64,000 nucleotides of DNA from contig CAVUZH010000002.1 in the NCBI GenBank assembly GCA_963745835.1, positions 23,062 through 87,061 of the forward strand. Direction: 5' to 3'. Made by a program: the position numbers and the translations under genes. How positions within the stretch are numbered: the stretch's first letter is position 1; every line of letters starts with the position of its first letter. This document shows, in pieces, positions 10,129-19,984 of this stretch. The notes below the pieces were generated by a model. It was not told the origin of the DNA and did no database searches. It saw only the letters and a list, made by a program, of their open reading frames with translations. This DNA is from an uncultured delta proteobacterium (GTDB taxonomy: Bacteria > Desulfobacterota > Binatia > UBA9968).

Positions 10129-12046
10129 ATGACAGATAGCTATGACGCTGTCTATACTCGCTGGCTGAACGATCCTGAGAATTTCTGGGCCGAGGCGGCC
10201 GAAGCGGTGCATTGGGATAAAAAGTGGGACAGGGTGCTCGACGATTCGCGGCCGCCGTTCTATCGATGGTTCCCCGGCGGACTCCTCAATACTTGCTACA
10301 ACGCGCTTGATCGCCACGTCGAAAGCGGCCGGGCGGATCAGCCGGCGCTGATTTACGACAGTCCGGTCACGGGAACCGTTCAGACGTTCACCTATCGCGA
10401 GTTGCTCGATCAAGTAGCGCGCTTTGCCGGGGTGCTTAGCGCGCAAGGAGTTCAGAAAGGCGATCGGGTCATTATTTACATGCCGATGGTGCCGGAGGCG
10501 ATCGTCGCGATGCTCGCGTGCGCGCGCATCGGCGCGATTCATTCCGTCGTCTTCGGAGGCTTTGCTTCCCATGAGCTCGCCAATCGCATCACCGATGCGC
10601 GACCGAAGGTGATCGTATCGGCGACCTGCGGCATCGAAGTTGGTCGGATCATTCCGTACAAACCTTTGCTCGATAAAGCGATTGAGCTTGCGGCAGTGAA
10701 GCCGGAGCGTTGCATTATTGTCCAGCGTCCGCAGGAACAGGCGTCGATGATCGGTGGGCGCGACCTCGATTGGTCGGAAGAAATGGTCCGGGCAAAATCC
10801 GCCGGCTGCGTTCCCGTCCGAGCCACCGATCCGCTTTACATCCTTTACACTTCCGGCACGACCGGCATGCCCAAAGGGATCGTGCGCGACAATGGCGGGC
10901 ATCTGGTCTCGCTCCGATGGAGCATGCAGCACATCTATGGCGTGGAGCCGGGTGAAGTCTACTGGGCAGCATCGGACGTGGGCTGGGTGGTCGGCCACTC
11001 GTACATAGTTTACGCGCCGCTGTTCAACGGCAATACCACGGTGCTCTACGAAGGCAAACCGGTCGGCACTCCCGACGCAGGCGCGTTCTGGCGGGTGGTC
11101 TCACAACACCGTGTGAAGGTGTTGTTCACGGCGCCGACGGCGTTTCGCGCGATCAAGCGCGAAGATCCCAACGGCGAATGCATGGGTAAGTACGACTTGA
11201 GCGGCTTTCGCACGCTCTTTCTCGCCGGCGAGCGTTGCGATCCGGACACGCTCTTGTGGGCGCAAAAGCAGCTTGGCGTGCCGGTGATCGATCACTGGTG
11301 GCAGACCGAAACTGGCTGGCCGATCGGCGCCAATTGTATCGGATTGGGGATGCTGCCGGTGAAACCGGGTTCGTGCACGAAAGCCGTGCCCGGTTACGAT
11401 GTCCGGGTTCTTGGAGACGACGGCACGGAATTACCGCCGGGTCAGATCGGCAGTATCGTCATCAAGCTGCCGTTACCCCCAGGTTGTCTTCCGACGCTGT
11501 GGAACAACGATGAAGGCTACCGCAAGGCCTACCTCGCCAGATTTCCCGGCTACTACCTGACCGGCGATGCGGGGTACAAAGATGACGACGGCTATCTTTC
11601 GGTAATGACCCGCACCGACGACATCATCAATGTCGCCAGTCATCGGCTCTCCACGGGCGCGCTGGAAGAGGTGCTGGCGTCTCACCCGGATGTCGCCGAG
11701 TGCGCGGTCCTGGGAGTCGCCGATGAGATCAAAGGGGAAATTCCCCTGGGCTTGATCGTGCTCAAGGCCGGCGTGCGACGTTCCCACGGCGAGATCGTAA
11801 GCGAGGTGGTCCGAGATGGTGCGCGAAAGGATCGGCGCCGTGGCTTCTTTCAGGGTCGCGACGGTCGTCAAGCGGCTGCCCAAGACGCGCTCGGGCAAGA
11901 TTCTGCGCGGTACCATCAAGAAGATTGCCGATGGGGTCGATTATCAAGTTCCGCCCACCATCGACGATCCGCTGATCCTCGATGAAATTACCGCCGATTT
12001 GTCCGTGCTGGGCTATCCTGCCGGTTCGGCAAGGAACTCGGTCTGA
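10129..12046 (+). CDS. prpE: Propionyl-CoA synthetase / acyl-CoA synthetase with a +1 frameshift at about 11812-11815
   Basis: YTSGTTGMPKG, DHWWQTETG and YYLTGDAG motifs. The C-terminal LPKTRSGKILR lies in ORF 11816-12046, one base out of frame. Confidence 0.88.
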
Positions 12047-12385
12047 TCATCTTCTTGGCGTGAAGTTGCATGAAGAGGATTGCGGCGGTCAGTCGTTAGT
12101 GATTGAGCTTGCTCCAATCTTCTGCCTTTACGGGGAATTGTTTGCGCCATTCTGCGTGAATTCCGTGTCGATCTGGCATACCTGAAGATCGCGCCGGTTG
12201 CTCTCATATGTTTAATGGTTGTTGCGTTGTTTTTGATTAGTTTCCACGCGGGTTCGTCGTTGTGACGAACGAGACGGCGGCCGCTCGCGCTCCCCCGCCT
12301 TCCCCTTTCGTCGATCCAACTCTTGACCGCAGCGTACGCTCATAATAGAAAATCGTTGTACAGTTATGAAAGGCCCTTCCACAAT

Positions 12386-13213
12386 ATGGAATCGAAGTCG
12401 CTTGGAGCGCGGGTTCTAGAAAAATCCATCGATCTACTCTATTCGTTTGAATCCTACCGTCCTGAGCAGTCGCTGTTTCAGATCAGTCGCAGCTTAGGAT
12501 TTCCCCCGAGCACGGTGCGTCGGCTCTTGAAGGTGATGATATCGCGGCGGTTGATCCAGCAGGATGCCGCGACCAAGCTCTATCGCCTCGGGCCTGGGCT
12601 CTTCTATCTGGCCTCGGTGGCGCGCGAGGGACTGGAGATCAGGAAGATTGCTCTGCCGTTGATGGAGCGCCTGCGCGATCTCACCGGAGAAAATGCAATA
12701 TTGCACGAATTGCGTGACTGCCAACGCGTGTGTATCGAGAAAGTCGAGAGCAGGGAAGTGCTGCGAGATTCTCTGCGTGTGGGCGATCAGTTTCCGGCGC
12801 ACGCGGGTGCGAGCGGCAAGATCCTCTTGGCGTATCTCCCTCCCCAGGAGCTCAAGGAGTTTTTGAAATCGGCGCACGGCTTGAAAGCGCTGACCCCGCG
12901 CACGATCACCGATCCGAAAAAACTCGCGGCGGATCTGGCTCGCACAAAGAGACAGGGATATTCCTATAGTTGCGGCGAGCGCGTCATGGACGGACTCTGC
13001 GCCATCAGCGCGCCGATCTTCGATAGCGAAGGCCGGGCACCCTACTCCCTGACGATTACCTTGACACCGTTCAGACTGCAGGCGAAGGGAAGAGGCAAGC
13101 TGGTGGAGGCCGTCAAGCGATTTGCCGCCGAGATCTCACATAAGCTCGGCAGCGGTAGCGCGAATTCCGTACCGACGGCGCGCGTAACCGGCGGCAGGCG
13201 AGTGCGACAATGA
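12386..13213 (+). CDS. IclR-family transcriptional regulator
   Basis: N-terminal HTH (GFPPSTVRRLL..YRLG), AHAGASGKILLA, TPRTITD and CAISAPIFD. Confidence 0.92.
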   Translation: MESKSLGARVLEKSIDLLYSFESYRPEQSLFQISRSLGFPPSTVRRLLKVMISRRLIQQDAATKLYRLGPGLFYLASVAREGLEIRKIALPLMERLRDLTGENAILHELRDCQRVCIEKVESREVLRDSLRVGDQFPAHAGASGKILLAYLPPQELKEFLKSAHGLKALTPRTITDPKKLAADLARTKRQGYSYSCGERVMDGLCAISAPIFDSEGRAPYSLTITLTPFRLQAKGRGKLVEAVKRFAAEISHKLGSGSANSVPTARVTGGRRVRQ

Positions 13214-14601
13214 CATATTCTAGAAATACGCGAGCGACAGCGGCGCAAAGCCTTGCCCGGTTCATCTGTGATCTAAGCTATGCGCAGATTCCGGCCGACG
13301 CTGTGTGGCGCTGCCGGGAGCTATTGTTGGATCAATTGGGTTGCCAGCTGATCGGCGCCAGTGTGCCGTGGAATCAGCCGGTCTATCGATTTGTAAAAAG
13401 CGCGAAAGGCGGTGGCCCGGCCAAGATCGTGAAGTATGCCGATCAGGTGCCGACCGACGACGCGGTTCTCGTGAATGGAACCTTCGCCCAGGGTTGCGAG
13501 CTCGACGATTACTACGATCAGGGCGGCGGCCATCCCGGCGCGGCAACAGTGCCCGTGATTCTCGCGCTCGCGCAGCAGCAGACGGTCAGCGGGCAGGAGC
13601 TCATCACAGCTATGGTCGGCGGCTATGAAGTCGGCTGGCGCATCGGCCGCGCGCTCTTGCCGGAATTGATGACGCGCGGCTATCACGCGCAGAGCGTGGT
13701 GGGCGTTTTCATCGCCGCCGCCGCCGCAGGCAAAATTCTTCGCCTCGATCCGGAGCAGATGACTCACGCTCTGGCGATCGCCGGCAGCCATTCCGGCGGT
13801 ACCATGGAGTACGACCAGAGCGGCGGCGAAGTGAAACGGTTACACAACGGTATGGCCTGCTGCGGCGGGCTCCGCTCCGCGCTGCTGGCGCAGAACGGCC
13901 TCACCGGACCGCCGACGATCTTCGAAGGCGAGCGCGGCATTCTGAAAGTCATGTCGGGGACCAGCAATGTCGAGCCGATCGTCAAGAACCTCGACGCCGG
14001 CAATGAAGATCTCGCGCTCTATCATGCGGCGATGAAGCGTTTTCCGGTGAATGCCAGCCAGCACTCGCCGATCGAGCTGCTCGACAGTCTGGTCCGCGAG
14101 CACAACATCGACCCGCGCCAGGTTACGAAGATCATTGTCGAGCTCAATGAAGGAATCCTGCTGCACGGCGGCACCATCTATCAGCCCAAGGAAGTCATCG
14201 AAGCCCAATTCAGCCTACGCTTTTCTCTCGCGCTGAGATTCCTTAGAGGCAACAACGATCTGCAGCATTATCTCGACCCGGCCATGTGGAGCGATTCGGC
14301 GATGCTGGAGATCGGCAGGAAAATCGACCTGCTTGCCGACCCTACGGCAACCGGTCCGCGCCGTTTCGCTTGCCGGATGACCATTTTGCTTTCGGACGGA
14401 CGTGAAATGAGCGGTTCGTTGGCGGCGCCCAAGGGCAGTTATAAGAACCCTCTGGCTCCCGGCGAATTGCAGGACAAATTTTACCGGCTAGGCAGGACGG
14501 TTCTGGATGACGAAAGGCTCGGTTCGATCGTCGCTGCGGTGGAGCGGATTGAAAACGCGCCAAACGTCGCGGCGCTGAGCACGCTCATGACGGCGGCGTG
14601 A
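13210..14601 (+). CDS. MmgE/PrpD-family protein
   Basis: LDQLGC, ELDD..GHPG, KRLHNG, FEGERG, KRFP and AQFSL. ATGA overlap with iclR. Confidence 0.9.
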   Translation: MTYSRNTRATAAQSLARFICDLSYAQIPADAVWRCRELLLDQLGCQLIGASVPWNQPVYRFVKSAKGGGPAKIVKYADQVPTDDAVLVNGTFAQGCELDDYYDQGGGHPGAATVPVILALAQQQTVSGQELITAMVGGYEVGWRIGRALLPELMTRGYHAQSVVGVFIAAAAAGKILRLDPEQMTHALAIAGSHSGGTMEYDQSGGEVKRLHNGMACCGGLRSALLAQNGLTGPPTIFEGERGILKVMSGTSNVEPIVKNLDAGNEDLALYHAAMKRFPVNASQHSPIELLDSLVREHNIDPRQVTKIIVELNEGILLHGGTIYQPKEVIEAQFSLRFSLALRFLRGNNDLQHYLDPAMWSDSAMLEIGRKIDLLADPTATGPRRFACRMTILLSDGREMSGSLAAPKGSYKNPLAPGELQDKFYRLGRTVLDDERLGSIVAAVERIENAPNVAALSTLMTAA

Positions 14602-14649
14602 TGCCGACGATTTCCGCGCTCGGAATGTCTGTGAATGGAGGATGAGTTG

Positions 14650-15662
14650 ATGAGCGGCAAAATCCGAATGTTGATCATACTCATGGCTGTGCTCGTTCGT
14701 CGGCATCTTTTGCTCGCCGGCGAGCGCGCAGACGATCGAGGAGCTTTACCGTAAAGCCGCCCAGGAAAAAACCATCAACTTCTACGGCACCCTGGCGCAG
14801 GTCAACGCCGAGAAGATCCTGCCGGTATTCGAGAAGCGCTATCCGGGGATTAAGCTAAATCACGTGGACATCACTTCGGACAGCCTGGTCGCCCGCGCTA
14901 CGGCGGAAGCGCGCGGCGGCAAAACCCTCGGCGATATTTTTCAGGCGCCGCTGGAAACCGCGATCCAAATGAACGATCAAAAGCTGCTGCTCGAAGTGAC
15001 CTTGCCGGAGTACTCCGCCTACCCGGCAATCATGAAAGGACCCGTATTGGGTGGCGTCGAACCTGCAGTTTATCGTCGTCGCCTGGAATACCAACCTGCT
15101 CAAGAAAGAGGACGAGCCGAAATGGATCGACGATCTGGCGGATGCGAAGTATAAGGGCGCGTTAGTCGCCGAGCCGCGGGATTTCGAGTTTCTCATGGGC
15201 ATCGCCAAGCACAAGTTCAAGAACGACGAGAAGGCGATCGCTTTGCTGCGCGCCATCGCTGCCAACGGCGTGGAGTTTCATAAAGGTCATTCGCAATTGA
15301 CCGAGCTTCTGACCGGCGGTCAGGCCAAGCTTTGCGTGACCTGCTTCGCGCATCAATTTCCCGGGCGGATGAAGAAAGGCGCGCCGGTAAATTTCTTGTT
15401 GAGCGAAGGCATCGGATCGATGAACGCGACGGCGATCTTCAAAGACGCGCCTCATCCGAACGCGGCGCTGCTTTTCGCCCGCTGGGCCGCCAGCGAAGAA
15501 GGGCAAAAGGTTTACGCCGAAGGCGGCCGGGCGCCCGCGCATCCCAAGGTCAATCCGATCGATCCGATCCGGCCGGAGCGGCTCTATCCGTTGGGCGTCG
15601 ACGATATCAAAGAGTATCCCAAGTACGAAAAAATCTGGAAAGAAGTTTTTAAACTGCGCTAG
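14650..15662 (+). CDS. ABC-type extracellular solute-binding protein (Fe3+/polyamine-like fold) with two +1 frameshifts (about 14695 and 15041)
   Basis: Signal peptide from ATG 14650, then AQTIEELYRKAAQEKTINFYGTL..., then YWVASNLQF...APHPNAALLFARW. Removing one base at each site gives a continuous protein paralogous to 18891-19907. Confidence 0.8.
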
Positions 15663-15677
15663 AGATACAAGCTTACG

Positions 15678-17030
15678 ATGGACGCGGTCGAAGAAAAATT
15701 GGTTCGCTTTGCCGACTCGTTCGCTTTTGCCGATATCGAAGCACCCGTCCTGCACGCCATCAAGCTTCGCTTCATCGATACGATCGGCTGCGCTCTGGCG
15801 GGCTACCACGAAGCGCCGGCGAAGATCGCGCGGCGCCTCGCCGCACAAGTGCGCAGCTCCGAGGAAGCCGGCGTGATCGGCGCCACCGTCAAAACTTCGG
15901 CGGAGATGGCGGCGTTCGCCAACACGACCATGATCCGCTGCCTCGACTTGAACGACGACTATTTCGGCAAGGACGGCCCCCACCCCAGCGATCTGATCGG
16001 TGCGGTGCTGCCGGCATCGGAGATCGCGCAGGGAAACGGCTCGTCGTTCGTCGCCGCCGTCGCGGCTGCGTATGAGGTTCTTTGCACTCTCGTCGACTCG
16101 GTCGGCATCCGTGAGCGCGGTTGGGATTACGTCACCTACACCGCATTGGCCGCGGCGCTCGGCTCCGGCAAGGCGATGGGACTATCGCAGAAATCGTTGC
16201 GCGATTCTTTGAGCCTGGCGGCGACGGCGAATTGTTCGTTGGGACAAACCCGACTGGGCGAGCTTTCGATGTGGAAAGGTATGGCGTCAGCCAATGCCTG
16301 TCGCAATGGCCTCTTCGCGGCTCTGCTCGCACGCGCCGGGGTAAGCGGGCCCTTTTTGCCCTTCGAAGGGAAGGGCGGTTTTCTTCGGCAGGTCTGCGGC
16401 TCTTTGGATCTCTCCCGCCTGGGCGCGACGCCTTTGCGCGCGGGAATCGTTTATCTGAAAAACTGGCCGGTCTTCTACAGCGCGCAGGGAGCCGTCGATG
16501 CAGCGATCGAGCTGCGCGAGAAAGTCAGACCTGACGAAATCAAAACTCTAGTCGTGGAATCCTATCAGCGCTTGATCGGGCGCGGCGCCACGGACCCGGA
16601 AAAATGGACGCCGCAATCACGCGAGACCGCCGATCACAGTGTGCCCTTCTGCGTAGCGGCAGCGCTGCTCGACGGCGGCGTGACGGCGCAAACCTTCGAT
16701 GCGGCGCGGTTTCTCGATCGAGACGCGATCGAGCTGATGGCGAAAATCACTTTGCGGGAAGATCCGGAGTTCACGAAACAATATCCGGAAAAGTGGAACT
16801 GCCGCGTCGTCGCCGAAACATTTTCCGGCGCGCGGCACGAAGTCCATGTCGCCTATCCGAAAGGACATCCGGAGAATCCATTCTCGGACGCCGAAGTCGA
16901 GGACAAGTTTCTGCGGCTGGCGGAGTCGTCTCTCGGAAGAAGTCGCTGTCAAAAGTTCATCGATTGGGCTTGGCGGCTGGAGCAAGCGGAAGAGATCCGT
17001 GAGCTCTTTCCGCTGCTGGCAATTTCATGA
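15678..17030 (+). CDS. MmgE/PrpD-family protein, closest in motifs to 2-methylcitrate dehydratase
   Basis: DLND..HPSD, LSMWKG, ETADHS and KGHPENP are typical of the PrpD clade. Confidence 0.88.
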   Translation: MDAVEEKLVRFADSFAFADIEAPVLHAIKLRFIDTIGCALAGYHEAPAKIARRLAAQVRSSEEAGVIGATVKTSAEMAAFANTTMIRCLDLNDDYFGKDGPHPSDLIGAVLPASEIAQGNGSSFVAAVAAAYEVLCTLVDSVGIRERGWDYVTYTALAAALGSGKAMGLSQKSLRDSLSLAATANCSLGQTRLGELSMWKGMASANACRNGLFAALLARAGVSGPFLPFEGKGGFLRQVCGSLDLSRLGATPLRAGIVYLKNWPVFYSAQGAVDAAIELREKVRPDEIKTLVVESYQRLIGRGATDPEKWTPQSRETADHSVPFCVAAALLDGGVTAQTFDAARFLDRDAIELMAKITLREDPEFTKQYPEKWNCRVVAETFSGARHEVHVAYPKGHPENPFSDAEVEDKFLRLAESSLGRSRCQKFIDWAWRLEQAEEIRELFPLLAIS

Positions 17031-17235
17031 AACGAATCGGATGAAACTGCGCAAGCCGCAGGATACAAAGCCGGAGATGTCACCCCCAATGTTTTTATCA
17101 GGGTCCAGTTTCTTCCCTTCCTTCATTTCCGTTAAAGCATGCGGGAATGAAGGATTGGCAATTTACTGCATGCTGGAAGTTCTGGAAGGAGCCCAGAAAA
17201 GTTTCAGTGCAAAAATGAGGAGGTCTTGAAATTCT

Positions 17236-18714
17236 ATGGCGGTAACGAATTATGACGTGATCGTGATCGGCGCAGGCAACGCGGGATTGACCGCGGCTCT
17301 GGCGGCACGAGAGCAACAAATGCGCGTGCTGCTCTTGGACAAATGTCCCAAAGCATCGCGCGGCGGAAATACGCGATTTTCCGGCGGTGGGTTTCGTTTT
17401 ACTTACAACAAGCTGGACGACATGCGTCCGATGCTGCCGGAGTTGACCGACGAAGAGGCCGCGAGGATGGAAGTCGGCACCTACTCCAACGCGGAATTTT
17501 TCGAAGACGTCATGCAGGTGACCGAGTATGCCGCCGACAAAAAGCTCACCAACATTCTCGTCGATCGATCTTACGACACGGCGCGTTGGCTGACCGACAT
17601 GAACGTTAAATGGATACTTTCCACCAGCACCCATGCAGTGAAGATCGGCGGCAAGATCAAGTTTCCCTCGGGCCGGGTGATATCGGTGAACGACGGCGGC
17701 CTTGGACTGGTCGAGATGCTGTTTCCGACGGCGGAGAAAAACGGCATCGAAATTATTTACGAGGCGAAGGCGACGGCTTTGATCGTCGATTCCAAGGGAA
17801 GGGTTTCCGGTGTGCGGGTGCAAACGGCAGACGGGCTGATGGATTTCCGGAGCCGCGCCGTGGTGCTGGCTGCCGGCGGGTTCGAGGCCAATCCGGAAAT
17901 GCGCGCGCGCTATCTTGGCACCGGTTGGGATTTGGTGAAAGTCCGCGGCTCGCGCTACAACACCGGCGAGGTGCTCAGTTTGGCGCTGAGTTTCGGCGCA
18001 CAGCCAATCGGCCATTGGAGCGGCTGTCACGCCGTGCTGGTCGACGCCGAAGCGCCCGACGTCGAATGCGCCTACGAGCACCGCTACTCCTACCCCTACG
18101 GCATCATGGTCGACATCAACGGCAGGCGCTTCGTCGACGAAGGCGAGGATTTTTTCAGCTACACCTACGCCAAGTGCGGCCGCGAAGTGCTGCGCCTGCC
18201 TTGGCGGACGGCCTATCAAATTTTCGACAGCAAGACCCGCCCGCTGCTCCGCTCCGAGTACAACCGCGGCTTTCATGTCAGCGCCGATACGATCGAAGCA
18301 TTGGCGAAGAAGTTGCCGGGTTTGGATTGGGAGAACGTCGTGAAAACGGTCAACGCGTTCAACGACGCGGTCAATGACGCGCCGTTCGACCCGTCGAAGC
18401 ACGATGGCAAATCCACGAGCGGCATCAGTCCGGTGAAGTCCAATTGGGCGCAGCGCCTGGACATCCCACCCTACTATGCGTTCCCGGTGACCTGCGGCAT
18501 CACGTTCACATTCGGCGGCGTCGGCATCACCGAGAACGGCGAGGTCAAGGACACGAGCGGTAATGTGATTGGCGGCCTGTTCGCCGCGGGGGAAATTACC
18601 GGCGGCTCGTTTTTCAACAATTACCCCGGCGGTTCCGGATTGATGAAGGGCGCCGTGTTCGGCCGTCTGGCGGGCACCAGCGCTGCTGCCTTTGCCAAGG
18701 CGAACCGAGCTTAG
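17236..18714 (+). CDS. FAD-dependent oxidoreductase, tricarballylate dehydrogenase TcuA-like
   Basis: GAGNAG, RGGNTRFSGG, AAGGFEAN, WSGCHAV, GITFTFGG and NNYPGGSGL..GAVFGR. Confidence 0.85.
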   Translation: MAVTNYDVIVIGAGNAGLTAALAAREQQMRVLLLDKCPKASRGGNTRFSGGGFRFTYNKLDDMRPMLPELTDEEAARMEVGTYSNAEFFEDVMQVTEYAADKKLTNILVDRSYDTARWLTDMNVKWILSTSTHAVKIGGKIKFPSGRVISVNDGGLGLVEMLFPTAEKNGIEIIYEAKATALIVDSKGRVSGVRVQTADGLMDFRSRAVVLAAGGFEANPEMRARYLGTGWDLVKVRGSRYNTGEVLSLALSFGAQPIGHWSGCHAVLVDAEAPDVECAYEHRYSYPYGIMVDINGRRFVDEGEDFFSYTYAKCGREVLRLPWRTAYQIFDSKTRPLLRSEYNRGFHVSADTIEALAKKLPGLDWENVVKTVNAFNDAVNDAPFDPSKHDGKSTSGISPVKSNWAQRLDIPPYYAFPVTCGITFTFGGVGITENGEVKDTSGNVIGGLFAAGEITGGSFFNNYPGGSGLMKGAVFGRLAGTSAAAFAKANRA

Positions 18715-18789
18715 GCGGGCTGCTGAAAGAATTATATATGCTTCATGCGCTCAATCGCCTCGCAAAATTCGCGTTCGTGATACGTGTTC

Positions 18790-18832
18790 GTGCTCGTCCG
18801 GATCACGATTACGTTTTCACGGACACGAGCAC
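18790..18832. repeat. Intergenic inverted repeat GTGCTCGT...ACGAGCAC (REP-like hairpin)
   Basis: Perfect 8-bp arms, extendable through CCG/CGG, between two co-oriented genes. Confidence 0.45.
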
Positions 18833-18890
18833 AATGTAGACGCGCGCGCTTTCGGCGAATGACGCAATGATTTGCAAGGAGGAGTTGAAC

Positions 18891-19907
18891 GTGAATTCCC
18901 GGCGTAATCTCATAAGCTTCATCGCAATAGCAATCATCGTGGTTTTCTTCGCCCAATCTGTCTCGGCGCAGGATCGCGATGCGATCATCGCCAAGGCAAA
19001 GGAAGAAAAAGTTTTCGTATATTACAGCACTACGGACATCCGCGACGGAACGGCGATGATCCATGCGTTCCAAAAGAAATATCCGTTCGTCGAGCCCAAG
19101 CTGCTGCGTCTCGGCAGCACGCAGGTCGTCGTCAAGGTGCTGCAGGAGCACCGCGGCGGCGTCCACTTGTTCGACGTCATCTCCGCGACCAGTTTCCAGT
19201 TCTATGAGATCTTCAAAGAGGGCCTCTTTCAAATGTACAACTCGCCGGAGCGGCCGGCATTTGCCGAGGATTTCAAAGACAAGGAAGGCTACTGGGTCAG
19301 CGCTTACCACAATGCCAGCGTGGTGTCATACAACACCAATCTGGTGAAGCCGCAGGAACTCCCCAAAAGCTACGACGATCTGCTCGATCCCAAGTGGAAA
19401 GGCAAAATGCTCATGGACAGCCGCGAGACCGAGTGGTACGCGAGCATGCTGCAAATTCTCGGCAGAGAAAAAGGCCTGCGCCTAATGCGCGGTTTGGCCA
19501 AACAAGAGTTGAGCTTTCGCCCGGGACGCACGCTGATCACCCAGGTATTGGCCTCGGGCGAGGCGCCGCTGGCGGTCAATAATTACGACCATCTCGTGCA
19601 GTCGGCCAAGAAGCGCGGCGCACCGGTGGAGTCTTTGCCGCTGACGCCGGTCGTCAGCCGGGTTACCCCGATCGCGCTCGGGCGCTACGCGCCGCATCCC
19701 AACATCGGCAAGCTGTTTATCGACTTTTCCCTTTCCGAGGAAGGCCAGAAAATTCTCCGCAGCTTCGGCCGCAGCTCGGCACGCAAAGGCATCGAGCCGG
19801 ACGACCTGCAGAGAAAAGGCATCAAGCTCTACGTCAGCGACATCGGCCTGGCGAAGGATTACGCGCGCTATGACAAAGAGTTCAAAGAAATTTTCGATTT
19901 AAAATGA
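18891..19907 (+). CDS. ABC-type extracellular solute-binding protein
   Basis: GTG start after AGGAGG, signal peptide, YNTNLV..PKSYDDLLDPKWKG and APHPN. Confidence 0.9.
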   Translation: MNSRRNLISFIAIAIIVVFFAQSVSAQDRDAIIAKAKEEKVFVYYSTTDIRDGTAMIHAFQKKYPFVEPKLLRLGSTQVVVKVLQEHRGGVHLFDVISATSFQFYEIFKEGLFQMYNSPERPAFAEDFKDKEGYWVSAYHNASVVSYNTNLVKPQELPKSYDDLLDPKWKGKMLMDSRETEWYASMLQILGREKGLRLMRGLAKQELSFRPGRTLITQVLASGEAPLAVNNYDHLVQSAKKRGAPVESLPLTPVVSRVTPIALGRYAPHPNIGKLFIDFSLSEEGQKILRSFGRSSARKGIEPDDLQRKGIKLYVSDIGLAKDYARYDKEFKEIFDLK

Positions 19908-19984
19908 TCGACGGTTGCGGCGTCACCACGCAGCGATTCACTCGACTATCCAGTAGAATCATCCGGCATACAGGAGAGGGAAAA

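Noticed and set aside
11812-15043. Programmed ribosomal frameshifting in prpE or the SBP
   Set aside because: There are no slippery heptamers, and scattered single-base indels across unrelated genes fit sequence error better.
17098-18402. Long antisense or alternate-frame ORFs (also 992-1846, 3946-4905, 6551-7660, 10075-10998, 25130-26164, 53774-54604, 61325-62107)
   Set aside because: They are shadows of well-supported genes in GC-rich DNA and carry no family motifs.
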